From NCBI GenBank assembly GCA_963665775.2, contig CAXXTF010000002.1, forward strand, positions 1,312,001-1,376,000: a DNA stretch of 64,000 nucleotides, read 5' to 3'. A program made the position numbers and the translations under genes. Shown one piece after another: positions 1 to 8,824 of the stretch (its first letter is position 1; each line of letters begins with the position of its first letter). Below the pieces are notes generated by a model. The model made no database searches. It was not told the origin of the DNA and saw only the letters and a program-made list of their open reading frames with translations. This DNA comes from Dehalococcoidia bacterium. GTDB lineage: Bacteria > Chloroflexota > Dehalococcoidia > SM23-28-2 > RBG-16-64-32.

Positions 1-1
1 T

Positions 2-451
2 CGAATCATCATCGGCGAGGTGCGGGGCCCAGAGGCGTTCGATATGTTGAACGCCATGAACACCGGCCACGAAGGCTCTCTCTCCACGGTTCACGCCAAC
101 TCGCCCCGGGACGCCTTAGCCCGCATCGAGAACATGGTGCTTATGGCCAACCTGGAGCTGCCCGACCGGGCGATCCGAGAGCAGACCGCCTCTGCTCTAC
201 ATCTGATAATCCAGCTGGCCCGCTCCACGGACGGCGTGCGCCGGGTGACTCACGTTACGGAGGTCACCGGCATGGAGGGGCAAATAGTTACGATGCAGGA
301 CCTGTTTCTCTTCCGGCAGACAGGTGTGGATCAGGAAGGGAAAGTCCTGGGAAGTATGGGTGCTACCGGCATTCGGCCCGGTTTCGCTGAGCGATTTCAG
401 GCGGCCGGGATCAAGCTGCCGGAGCGGCTGTTCCTAGGCGCGATCAGGTGA
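2..451 (+). CDS. tadA: Tad pilus assembly ATPase TadA/CpaF, C-terminal part (5' truncated by window edge)
   Basis: Open frame from base 2: [39 protein letters not shown] (Walker B and His box of CpaF family); directly upstream of tadB/tadC. Confidence 0.93.
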   Translation, partial: RIIIGEVRGPEAFDMLNAMNTGHEGSLSTVHANSPRDALARIENMVLMANLELPDRAIREQTASALHLIIQLARSTDGVRRVTHVTEVTGMEGQIVTMQDLFLFRQTGVDQEGKVLGSMGATGIRPGFAERFQAAGIKLPERLFLGAIR

Positions 452-455
452 TCAC

Positions 456-1433
456 ATGGACCCCATAGTCATTCTGATCGCAGCGATGGTGCTCCTGGCC
501 GTCTTCTCATTGGTGATTGGTCTCGGCGGCTCCCACAACAAGGAAGGGCTGGGGGATCGACTGGAGACATTCCGGTCGGACCAGCAGGCTCAGGCAGACC
601 CAGAAGCGAATAGCCTTAGCCTTCGGAAGCGATCCTATAGCGACTTCCCCATCCTGAACACCTTCCTTTCGCACCTTAAGGGCTCGGAGAAAGTGGCTTT
701 GCAGCTGGATCGAGCCGGAGTCCCGTTACGAGTGGGCGAGTATTACTTGATCCGCTACACTGTGGCGGCGCTCTTCTTCGTGGTACCTTTCGCTTTTAGC
801 CAGACGCTCTTAACGCTGATCCTGAGCGTGCTCCTTGCCACAGTTGGCTATGCGCTGCCCGCAATGTATATAGGGCGGAGGAAAGCATCCCGTATGTCCC
901 GGATGAACGCCCAGTTGGCGGAGCTGCTAGATCTAGTAGCCAATTCCCTCAAGTCCGGTTACGGCCTAATGCAGAGCCTTGATTTCGCGGCGCGGCAGAT
1001 AAGCGACCCGCTTTCCGCAGAAGTGCGCAGGACGTTGCGCGACGCCAACCTGGGCATGAGCACTGAAGAGGCGCTGGACGCCCTGGGGGAACGTGTTTCC
1101 AGTCCGGACCTGGACATGGTTCTGACGGCCATCAATATCCAGCGGTCAGTAGGCGGCAACCTGGCCGAGATTCTGGAGTCTGTTACCTTCACCATGCGAG
1201 AGCGGAAACGTATCCGGGGAGAGATCTCAACCCTGACCTCACAGGGGATAATGACCGGCATCCTCATCGGGGGACTACCCGTAGGCGTAGGCCTGCGCTT
1301 CATGGTCATCAATCCAAGTTACATGAGCTTACTGTTCACGGAGACAGCGGGCCGCATTATCCTCCTCGCAGCCGTGGGGCTGGAGGGCCTGGGCATCCTA
1401 TCGATAAAGCGGGTCCTGGCCATCGAGGTATAG
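456..1433 (+). CDS. tadB: Tad pilus inner-membrane protein TadB (T2SS F family)
   Basis: N-terminal TM, LDLVANSLKSGYGL, INIQRSVGGNLAEIL motifs; position after tadA. Confidence 0.9.
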   Translation: MDPIVILIAAMVLLAVFSLVIGLGGSHNKEGLGDRLETFRSDQQAQADPEANSLSLRKRSYSDFPILNTFLSHLKGSEKVALQLDRAGVPLRVGEYYLIRYTVAALFFVVPFAFSQTLLTLILSVLLATVGYALPAMYIGRRKASRMSRMNAQLAELLDLVANSLKSGYGLMQSLDFAARQISDPLSAEVRRTLRDANLGMSTEEALDALGERVSSPDLDMVLTAINIQRSVGGNLAEILESVTFTMRERKRIRGEISTLTSQGIMTGILIGGLPVGVGLRFMVINPSYMSLLFTETAGRIILLAAVGLEGLGILSIKRVLAIEV

Positions 1434-1445
1434 ATAGTAGGAGTC

Positions 1446-2360
1446 ATGCTGATAGCGCTCATCGCTTGCGCCGTGTTCGGGTCGGTAGCACTTCTGGTCA
1501 TCGGCCTGGGCCGCCGCACGTCCTCAGTTATGGAGTCTCGACTGGACGAGTTCCGCGACCAAACAACGATGTTTGACGGGGAAGAGGCTGACCTAAACAT
1601 ATCCTTCGCCGCCCGCATCCTGAAACCGGGGATGGAAGGTATGGCGGGGGCGTTCGGATCGGTGCTGCCGGCCTCACTACTGACCAAACTAGAACGACAG
1701 CTGGTCATGGCTGGCAACCCAATGACGTTGAACACCTTCGTGGGTATCTGGGCCGCCTGCGTCCTCTTCATGACAGGATTTATCCTGTTTGCTGTGATAA
1801 CGGTAGGCATGACGGTAGGACCTCTGCAGGCATTCATGGTGCTGGTCTTCGGCATAGTGGGGTGGATGTTGCCGCGCATATGGCTAAGCGGAAGGGTGAA
1901 GGCTAGGCAGAAGGAGGTCGTAAAGTCGTTACCGGACGCCCTGGACCTGGTGACGGTGTGTGTGGAGGCAGGGCTGGGCCTGGACGCCGCTCTGGCCCGC
2001 GTGGCCAGTTGGAGCGATGGGCCCCTGGCGGATGAGATCACCCGGATGCTGCGAGACATCACGATGGGAAAGCTGCGCCGGGAGGCCCTCATAGAGCTGA
2101 CTGAGCGCCTGGAGGTGGAGGAGCTAACCAGCTTCGTCAACTCCGTGATACAAGCTGAACAGTTGGGCGTGGGTATAGCCCAGGTGCTCCGTGTGCAGTC
2201 AGAGCAGATCAGGACCCGTCGCCGCCAGAAGGCGGAGAAAGCCGCTCATGAGGCAGCGATCAAGATGCTCTTCCCATTGGTGCTGTTCATATTCCCGGCG
2301 TTCATCCTGGTGATATTGGGCCCAGCCGGGATCCGCATCACGCAGTCACTCGCCAAATAG
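1446..2360 (+). CDS. tadC: Tad pilus protein TadC (T2SS F family)
   Basis: LPDALDLVTVCVEAGLGLDAAL and KMLFPLVLFIFPA motifs. Confidence 0.9.
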   Translation: MLIALIACAVFGSVALLVIGLGRRTSSVMESRLDEFRDQTTMFDGEEADLNISFAARILKPGMEGMAGAFGSVLPASLLTKLERQLVMAGNPMTLNTFVGIWAACVLFMTGFILFAVITVGMTVGPLQAFMVLVFGIVGWMLPRIWLSGRVKARQKEVVKSLPDALDLVTVCVEAGLGLDAALARVASWSDGPLADEITRMLRDITMGKLRREALIELTERLEVEELTSFVNSVIQAEQLGVGIAQVLRVQSEQIRTRRRQKAEKAAHEAAIKMLFPLVLFIFPAFILVILGPAGIRITQSLAK

Positions 2361-2376
2361 GTAAGGAGCGATAGAT

Positions 2377-2754
2377 ATGGCTCTGGGGCAGAAGATCCGC
2401 GCATTACGCGGAGAGCTGGGCATGAGCCAGGCGCAGCTGGCCTCCTCCGCCAAGCTGAGCCAGGGCTATCTGTCACAGCTTGAGAACGACGAGGTGCAGA
2501 ACCCCAGCGCCGCCGTGATCTTCCGGCTGTCCAAGGCTATTAACGCGGATCCGGGCCGGCTGTTCCAGGCGGCCGGCTACTCCGAGATAGAAGCAAGCAA
2601 GAGCAACGGAAGCGACAGCTTCGACGCCACCGTGGACCCAGAACTATTGCGCTTCATGGCCCACCTCCCTCGGGAGCAGCAAACGCATCTCCTCCGCCTA
2701 CTGCGTACATTGGAGCGCAGGACGACCGCGGAGGCGGAGGCCAGCCGCCCCTAA
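2377..2754 (+). CDS. XRE-family HTH regulator (SinR-like), paralog 1
   Basis: LGQKIRALRGELGMSQAQLA...SQGYLSQLE...NPS Cro/C1 HTH; AGGAG RBS; 16 bp after tadC. Confidence 0.9.
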   Translation: MALGQKIRALRGELGMSQAQLASSAKLSQGYLSQLENDEVQNPSAAVIFRLSKAINADPGRLFQAAGYSEIEASKSNGSDSFDATVDPELLRFMAHLPREQQTHLLRLLRTLERRTTAEAEASRP

Positions 2755-2812
2755 TCGAGGCACTCAGGCAAGACAATTCCGCCCTGCGCCAGCCGGCGGT
2801 GCGAGCCTCCAG

Positions 2813-3181
2813 ATGAATGAGATGATCCAGGTAAGAAACGAAACAAAGGGAACGGTAGTGGCAGACGAGACGCAGGTAGCCGACAGTGTCCGCACCCGGT
2901 TCTGGGGCCTCCTCGGTCGGCCTTCCCTGCCGGAGGGACACGGCCTCCTACTGCGACCCAGTTCCAGCATCCATACCGCCTTCATGCGGTTCGCCATCGA
3001 CGTGGTGTTTCTGGACAGGGAGAACCGGGTGGTAAAGGTCGTGCCGGAGATGAAGCCGTTCCGGATGGCGGTAACCTGGCCCTGCGCCCACAGCGCCCTG
3101 GAGCTACCGGCCGGAGCAGCGGCGCAGGCCCGGATAGAGCGCGGCGACCAGTTGGTAATAGCTGGGCAGGTAGCACGATAG
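2813..3181 (+). CDS. DUF192-family protein
   Basis: ADSVRTRFWGLLGR, SIHTAFMRFAIDVVFLD, ALELPAG motifs. Confidence 0.85.
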   Translation: MNEMIQVRNETKGTVVADETQVADSVRTRFWGLLGRPSLPEGHGLLLRPSSSIHTAFMRFAIDVVFLDRENRVVKVVPEMKPFRMAVTWPCAHSALELPAGAAAQARIERGDQLVIAGQVAR

Positions 3182-3239
3182 GCGGATGAAAGTGTGCATA
3201 TTGGCATACCAATCAGATACAGACGACCCATATCTTATA

Positions 3240-3269
3240 TTGACAGGCAGAGGGGAACCGACGGACAAT
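3240..3269 (+). promoter_or_regulatory. Putative sigma70-type promoter of second XRE gene
   Basis: TTGACA (3240-3245), 18 bp, GACAAT (3264-3269) in an AT-richer intergenic region. Confidence 0.5.
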
Positions 3270-3300
3270 CTGGAGAGCCCCGTGCTGAGAGTAGGAGCAG

Positions 3301-3768
3301 ATGAACCTAGGAGATAGGATACGCGGGCTGCGCGACACGCTTGGCCTGACTCAGGGTCGACTGGCCAACAGTGCCTCGCTGAGCCAAGGCTATCTGTCAC
3401 AGCTGGAAAAAGGGGACGTCAAGAACCCTTCCGCAGCTGTCCTCCTGCGGATAGCGCGGGCCACGGATGTGGACCCTGACGAACTGTTCGAGGCGGCCGG
3501 TTACCCCACAGTACGAACCCTGCGCCAGATCTATCGGAGCTATGAGTCGACCATAGAGCCAGACCTGCTGAGTTATCTCGGTCGCCTTCCCCGGGACCGC
3601 CAGAGACGCCTCTTCCACCTCCTGGAAGGGCTGCAGAGCCTGCTGCAAGGCACGGACCGAGATGGAGACATAGACGGATTCCGGAGGGGAGGCGATGAGC
3701 CGATGGCCGGCCCCCGTAGCGAGGAGCGCCACCCTCATCTCGAGCCCCTTCCCGTCTCAAAGAAATAA
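3301..3768 (+). CDS. XRE-family HTH regulator (SinR-like), paralog 2
   Basis: LGDRIRGLRDTLGLTQGRLA...SQGYLSQLE...NPSAAVL; AGGAG RBS; clearly paralogous to 2377-2754. Confidence 0.9.
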   Translation: MNLGDRIRGLRDTLGLTQGRLANSASLSQGYLSQLEKGDVKNPSAAVLLRIARATDVDPDELFEAAGYPTVRTLRQIYRSYESTIEPDLLSYLGRLPRDRQRRLFHLLEGLQSLLQGTDRDGDIDGFRRGGDEPMAGPRSEERHPHLEPLPVSKK

Positions 3769-3771
3769 AGC

Positions 3772-3951
3772 ATGGCAGACTCGTCGGAGAATCGATCGTC
3801 GCTTGCGGATAAGATCGACCCTGACCTGCTCCAGATGCTGGCCAGAATGCCCAGGCGCCAGCAGCGACAGGTGCTCCTCCTGCTCATGGTGGTGGAGAAC
3901 CTGCTACATGAGATGATGCGGGAGCGGCGCTCAAGGGAAGAGCTGGAGTAG
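3772..3951 (+). CDS. 59-aa protein homologous to the C-terminal (non-HTH) domain of the two XRE proteins; SinI-like anti-repressor candidate
   Basis: Manual translation MADSSENRSSLADKIDPDLLQMLARMPRRQQRQVLLLLMVVENLLHEMMRERRSREELE; starts 3 bp after XRE-2 stop; not listed in the ORF track. Confidence 0.8.
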   Translation: MADSSENRSSLADKIDPDLLQMLARMPRRQQRQVLLLLMVVENLLHEMMRERRSREELE

Positions 3952-3981
3952 CGCCTAAGAGGGGGATCGAGGACGGTGATG

Positions 3982-4009
3982 GCCCGCCAATCAGGCGGGC
4001 TTATTTTAT
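3982..4009 (+). terminator. Intrinsic terminator
   Basis: GCCCGCC-AATCA-GGCGGGC followed by TTATTTTAT, between convergent genes. Confidence 0.7.
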
Positions 4010-4035
4010 GTGGGCGCAGTCGTCCCCCGTAGCAG

Positions 4036-5220
4036 CTAGGGAATGACCACCGCTCGCATACTTTCGGCGATGGTCTGCAGGTCACCAGGACCCATCACGG
4101 GTCCATCGATGAAGTGGATGATCGTGCGCAGGCCGGCCCGGTCGAACACCAGGCTCTGAGCGCCGCCTTCACCCCAGACTATCTGGCTACCGGACGTCTG
4201 CCAGGACCCCTGGACGTAGGTGGCAGGGGTCCCATCAGACAGGATGCGGTCCAGAGCGAAGCCCTGCAGAACCGCGATGTCGTCGCCGGAGGCGCGCTCC
4301 TGATAGATAAGGATTGTGGGCGGGCTGATCGACTCCAGGCCGACATCCCCTGCGTAGGCGAGGAGGAATACACCGCCTTCGCCCGCTGTCAGGGGCTGCG
4401 GGTAGTAGGTGGAGGAGACCTGCCGAAAGCCGGGAGGGATACTCGTTGGCTCCCACACCGGCTGCCCCAGCAGCGCTGAGGCCTCACTGAGAGTGACATC
4501 GGCACCCTCCACGACATCGGCGTAGGAAGGGACGATGGGTGGAGCGCCGGTCTCAGATACGCCCATATAGTCGCCCACGATCCGGACCACTTGAGCCACC
4601 GGATGGTTGGCGAGGCCGGTGGCCGGGATAGGCCCCAGGGCAGCTACCAGGAGGGCGGCGGCGGCACCGGAGGCCGCGAGCCTGGGCCAAAGACGGCCCC
4701 CGAGGTCCCCGAAGAGCCGGCCACGCGGATGGGCTGGTCGGAGCGGAGCCTGCGGCTTCAGTCCCGCACCCTCCCGGGTGGGCTCGGCCAGGGCCAGCTC
4801 CCCCTCGCGAGCGCGGATGCGGGCCTGTACCTGCTGCCAGACGGCACCCCGCTGTTCTTCGGCAAGGATCGCGCCCTGCTCAGCCACGCGGCGACGGAGA
4901 GCGCTGATATCCTGCAACCCCTGGTTATCGAACTCCAGCCCGCTGTCGGTGACAGCCGACTCGACAGGGCCCTCAATCGAATCCGTGAACCTATTGGGCT
5001 CTTCCGTCTTCGTGTGCCGGAGGCGGCTGAGCACCTCCCGCCAGACTACCGCCTCATGCTGGGCAGCCGCGTGGGCCGAGGAGCGAGCGGCCTCCAGGCG
5101 AATCCTGGCAATACCCAGCAGTTCCTGCAACTCGTAGTCATCTAGGGGGTCGGGCTGACGCCCCTGAACGAGAGCTTCGACAGCGCGGGCCAGCTGACCA
5201 GCCCGCTCATACTCTCTCAC
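4036..5220 (-). CDS. Putative membrane-anchored anti-sigma factor with extracytoplasmic C-terminal domain
   Basis: 4-bp overlap with ECF sigma stop; central hydrophobic segment LAASGAAAALLVAALG; C-terminal PTSIPPGF-type domain (DUF4367-like by recollection). Confidence 0.6.
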   Translation of the reverse strand: MREYERAGQLARAVEALVQGRQPDPLDDYELQELLGIARIRLEAARSSAHAAAQHEAVVWREVLSRLRHTKTEEPNRFTDSIEGPVESAVTDSGLEFDNQGLQDISALRRRVAEQGAILAEEQRGAVWQQVQARIRAREGELALAEPTREGAGLKPQAPLRPAHPRGRLFGDLGGRLWPRLAASGAAAALLVAALGPIPATGLANHPVAQVVRIVGDYMGVSETGAPPIVPSYADVVEGADVTLSEASALLGQPVWEPTSIPPGFRQVSSTYYPQPLTAGEGGVFLLAYAGDVGLESISPPTILIYQERASGDDIAVLQGFALDRILSDGTPATYVQGSWQTSGSQIVWGEGGAQSLVFDRAGLRTIIHFIDGPVMGPGDLQTIAESMRAVVIP

Positions 5221-5866
5221 CGGCCGACACCCCCTGCGACTTGTATGCGGTCCCGCAGTTTGCGAAGGGCACGGAAGACGGTAACCCGCACGTTGACTTC
5301 GCTGGTCTTGAGGACCTCCGCTATCTCCCTATTTGTGAGTTCGGCGTCAAACTTCAGGGAGATAATCTCCTGCTCGCGCCGAGGCAACGTTCGAAGGACG
5401 GCACTGAGATCCCTGATACGCTCCTTGCGAAGGAGCGTATCCTCCGGATCACGAGATTGCTGTATGAACTCGTTCTGCCGGACCGCCTCCTGGACGGCCT
5501 TGGCGGCGGGCTTCTCTTTGCGCCAGTGAGAGGACACCTCATTACGGGCTATGAGGACACCTCATTACGGACTATAGTGAATAGCCAAGGGCCGAAGGCA
5601 TCTGGCGACCGCAGGGCATGTACCTTGATGAAGGCCTTCTCGAAGATATCGGATACGATGTCCAGGGACAGCTCCTTATCTTGAACCCGCCCGTACACGT
5701 AGGCGAACACCTTCGAGAAGTGCCGGCTGTAGAGCTCAGCGAATTCGCCGGCCGGGCCGCTCTGCAGGCTGGGCTCAGGGGCCGGGCCGGCCTTCGATTT
5801 AAGCCTGGTGCGAGCGGCGGTTCTATCAGTAGTGCGCTGGGGCAGGGCTGCGCGAGCTGTTGTCAT
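5217..5866 (-). pseudogene. ECF sigma-70 factor split by a 23-bp tandem duplication
   Basis: 5549-5866 encodes region 2 (FAELYSRH...DIVSDIFEKAF...WLFTI); 5217-5537 encodes region 4 (LPRREQEIISLKF...EIAEVL...VFRALRKLR); removing one repeat copy restores one frame. Confidence 0.85.
5530..5575. repeat. 23-bp tandem duplication (1 mismatch)
   Basis: GAGGACACCTCATTACGGGCTAT (5530-5552) and GAGGACACCTCATTACGGACTAT (5553-5575). Confidence 0.95.
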
Positions 5867-6067
5867 CCTTCGCTCCTCGTCATCCGCCGGACCGATCGGT
5901 CGGGGGCGGTGGGGAGGCCGCTTGGCCTTCTGGAATCTGGATGAACAATAGACGCGGCATGGCCAAGCCCGTTACACATTGGAACAAAGAGATTGGTAGG
6001 TCTTTTGGGGCTTGATAGGCTGGATTCTCCCGTAGCTATGGTTCTCACCGGCTGTTCTGTCAAGTGT

Positions 6068-6136
6068 AGTATCTCACGGGGACGGTTGATTGACAGTTAA
6101 CGGGGCGGGCTGGCCGGTTAACAAGAGGTAAATATC
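6068..6136 (-). promoter_or_regulatory. Shared promoter motif, copy 1 (upstream of ECF sigma)
   Basis: Plus strand CAGTTAAC-N15-GTTAACA-N4-GTAAATATC at 6094-6136; minus-strand -10-like GATACT at 6073-6068; same spacing at 62835-62903. Confidence 0.6.
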
Positions 6137-6237
6137 GGTGCCGGCGGTTCGGAGAGGGACCAGGGACCGAGCACCATCGCGACCTCGCGTCGCCTTGAGC
6201 AACCCCGGACGAACGGCGGTCGCCAGCCGGGCCGGAA

Positions 6238-7521
6238 CTAGGCTCCGTCCACCGAGAGCGCGTACGCCTCGTCCAACAGCTCCACCACGTGGACGACCCG
6301 ACCCGACAGGCGATGTCGACGCAGACCGGCCTGAAGCTGGGCCATACAACCGGGATTAGCGGTAGCGATGACCTGGGCCCCTGTCCGCGCCACCTCCCGC
6401 ATCTTGTCATCCAGAAGGCGCAGGGCCATCTCGCGCTGGCTCAGGGAGTAGACGCCGGCGCTGCCGCAGCAGCGGTCGCCCCGCTCCATCTCGATGAGGC
6501 GAAGGCCGGGGATAGCCGAGAGAATCTGGCGGGGGGCGCGGGAGATGCCCTGGGCGTGGGCCAGATGGCAGGGGTCCTGGTAGGTGACAGGGACGTCCAC
6601 CCTACCGGTCGGCGCCTGGAACGGCAACTCGACCAGGAATTCGTGGATGTCCTTGACCATCGACGAGAAGCGGCGGGCCTTGTCGGCATAGGCCGGATCG
6701 GCGCCCAGGAGGTCGCCGTACTCCTTCATCGCTGATCCGCAGCCGGCGGAGTTGACAACGACGGCATCGACATCGGCGGCTAGAAAGGTGTCAATGCTGC
6801 GGCGGGCCAGGGCCACGGCGGTCGGGCGGTCGCCGTTGTGGTGATGGAGGGCGCCACAGCACCCCTGTCCGGGAGGAGCGATGACCTGGCAGCCGTTACG
6901 GGCCAGAACACGGATCGTCGCCTCGTGCACGCGACCGAAGGCCAGGGGCATGATGCAGCCGGTGAGAAGGGCGACCCGCATTCTGACTGGCCCATCGGGA
7001 GTGGCGAGGACGCCCCTACGGCGGAAAGGACGTCCTTCGATGGTCGGCGCCAGTAGAACGCGATCCCGCAATACGGGAACTCGCTCCGCCAACGAGCGGA
7101 GGCCGGAGGCGCGGTAGAGGCGGAGGAGAGCGGCCAGAAAGGCGAGCCGGCCGGGCCTGGCGATGACCTGCCGCAGAAAGAGGGCGCGCAGACGCCAGGC
7201 GAGGGGGGCTTTCCCGCCCGCCAGGATGCTGGCGCGGGCGTCCCCCATGATGCGACCGAAGGGAACGCCGGAGGGGCAAACCGCCTCGCAGTTGCGGCAC
7301 TGGAGACAGAGGTCGAGATGGCCGGTAGTGACTGAGGTGGGCTCGATACGGCCCTCGGACAGCGCCTTAATGAGGTAAAGTCGGCCACGGGGCGATTCGG
7401 TCTCCAAGCCCAGCTCCGTGTAGGTCGGACAGTGTTGGAGACACAGGCCGCACCGGACGCAGCGCGAGAGGTCAGCATCGGCTGGGGCGAAGGGCCCAGC
7501 GAAGACCGATGGCTCGGCCAT
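6238..7521 (-). CDS. glcF: Glycolate oxidase Fe-S subunit GlcF-like
   Basis: Two CxxCxxCxxxCP motifs plus two CCG domains. Confidence 0.88.
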   Translation of the reverse strand: MAEPSVFAGPFAPADADLSRCVRCGLCLQHCPTYTELGLETESPRGRLYLIKALSEGRIEPTSVTTGHLDLCLQCRNCEAVCPSGVPFGRIMGDARASILAGGKAPLAWRLRALFLRQVIARPGRLAFLAALLRLYRASGLRSLAERVPVLRDRVLLAPTIEGRPFRRRGVLATPDGPVRMRVALLTGCIMPLAFGRVHEATIRVLARNGCQVIAPPGQGCCGALHHHNGDRPTAVALARRSIDTFLAADVDAVVVNSAGCGSAMKEYGDLLGADPAYADKARRFSSMVKDIHEFLVELPFQAPTGRVDVPVTYQDPCHLAHAQGISRAPRQILSAIPGLRLIEMERGDRCCGSAGVYSLSQREMALRLLDDKMREVARTGAQVIATANPGCMAQLQAGLRRHRLSGRVVHVVELLDEAYALSVDGA

Positions 7522-8813
7522 CAGAGCCTGCCCACGAAGCGGCCAGGACTGAGAACGCCCTGGGGGTCGAACTGCTGCTTGACGCTGCGCATGAGCCCGA
7601 AGGAAGGGGGCGAATCGCCGAAGACGTCGATACGTCGCTTCATCTCAGGATGGCAGTGCTCGACGACGAGGGTGCCGTCCAGCTCCGAGGCCACAGCCCA
7701 GAGGCGTCGCACCGTTCCCTCGTCGTCGGCCAGCGCCGGCCAGGACGCGTATACAACGCCCAGGGTGGGCCAGGCGAGGATATGGAGCGCCCCATCTATG
7801 GCCTCAAGGGCCTCCATGAGAGCTGGCAGTTTGGTGGGAAGGGCGCTGGCTCTGCATGTGAGGATGGGCTCGGACGGCGACACCAGGCGGGGCCTGCTCT
7901 CCCAAGCAGTGGCGGGATCGATCTCGGCGAAGTCGGCAAGGAGCTCTCGCGCCAGCCCCGCGATCTCCCGATAGGAGCGCTCTACGGCCTGGGCGTTGCC
8001 TGCCAGATCGATGACGAGCGCACAGAGGCCCTCCGGCGCCAGGCGAGCGGCAGCGGTAGCGGTGGGATTGAGGAGCTGGAAGGCCCGGAGGCTGAAGCCG
8101 CGGCGGTGCAGCTCGGCGGCGAAGGAGCAGGCCTGAGCGGGCGTCTCGAAGGCGGCAACCGCCGTTCGCTCTGCCTTGGGCAGAGGCCAGAGCTTGAAGG
8201 TGGCCTCGACGATGACGGCCAACGTGCCCAGGGAGCCGATATAGAGCTTGCACAGATCATATCCGGCCACGTTCTTGACCACGCGGCCGCCGGCCCTGGT
8301 GATGCGGCCGTCGGCGGTAACCACGCGGAGGCCGATGGTGAAGTCGCGGGGGCCGCCGTAAGCGTGGCGAGAGGCCGAAGAGGCGTTAGCGGCCAGGACG
8401 CCACCGATCGTCGCCTCTTCTCCCCAGGGCGGGCCGAGGGGGACGAACTGATCGTGCTGCGCTAGGTGCCACCGGAGCGCCGCCAGGGGGATGCCGGCCT
8501 GGCAGGTGACGGTGAGGTCGGCCGGCTCGTGCTCCCCTACCTTGTCTAGCCGCGACAGGCTGAGGGCGATGTCGTATCGCCGGGGGACGTTGCCGATGTG
8601 CATATGGGAGCCACCACCCCAGGGGATGACGGCCAAACCATCGCCATGGGCGTAACGCATCACCTGGGCGACCTGCTCGACGGTGCCCGGCGTAACGACT
8701 GCCTGCGGCACCTGGCCGTCAACGGCGAAGGCGACGGACCGCTCGCACGGCAGAACGGCATCAGAGCCGAGGAGAGACTCCAGATCAGCGGCCAGGCTCT
8801 GCTGCTTAACCAT
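7521..8813 (-). CDS. glcE: Glycolate oxidase FAD-binding subunit GlcE-like
   Basis: GGRVVKNVAGYDLCKLYIGSLGTL; FDPQGVLSPGR C-terminus; between glcD and glcF. Confidence 0.85.
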   Translation of the reverse strand: MVKQQSLAADLESLLGSDAVLPCERSVAFAVDGQVPQAVVTPGTVEQVAQVMRYAHGDGLAVIPWGGGSHMHIGNVPRRYDIALSLSRLDKVGEHEPADLTVTCQAGIPLAALRWHLAQHDQFVPLGPPWGEEATIGGVLAANASSASRHAYGGPRDFTIGLRVVTADGRITRAGGRVVKNVAGYDLCKLYIGSLGTLAVIVEATFKLWPLPKAERTAVAAFETPAQACSFAAELHRRGFSLRAFQLLNPTATAAARLAPEGLCALVIDLAGNAQAVERSYREIAGLARELLADFAEIDPATAWESRPRLVSPSEPILTCRASALPTKLPALMEALEAIDGALHILAWPTLGVVYASWPALADDEGTVRRLWAVASELDGTLVVEHCHPEMKRRIDVFGDSPPSFGLMRSVKQQFDPQGVLSPGRFVGRL

Positions 8814-8824
8814 CCGGTATCCCT

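Noticed and set aside
6139-6237. GC-rich, potentially base-paired stretch of about 100 nt downstream of glcF, considered as SRP/6S/tRNA
   Set aside because: No SRP helix-8 motif, no cloverleaf; pairing explainable by GC content; an Rfam cmscan would be needed
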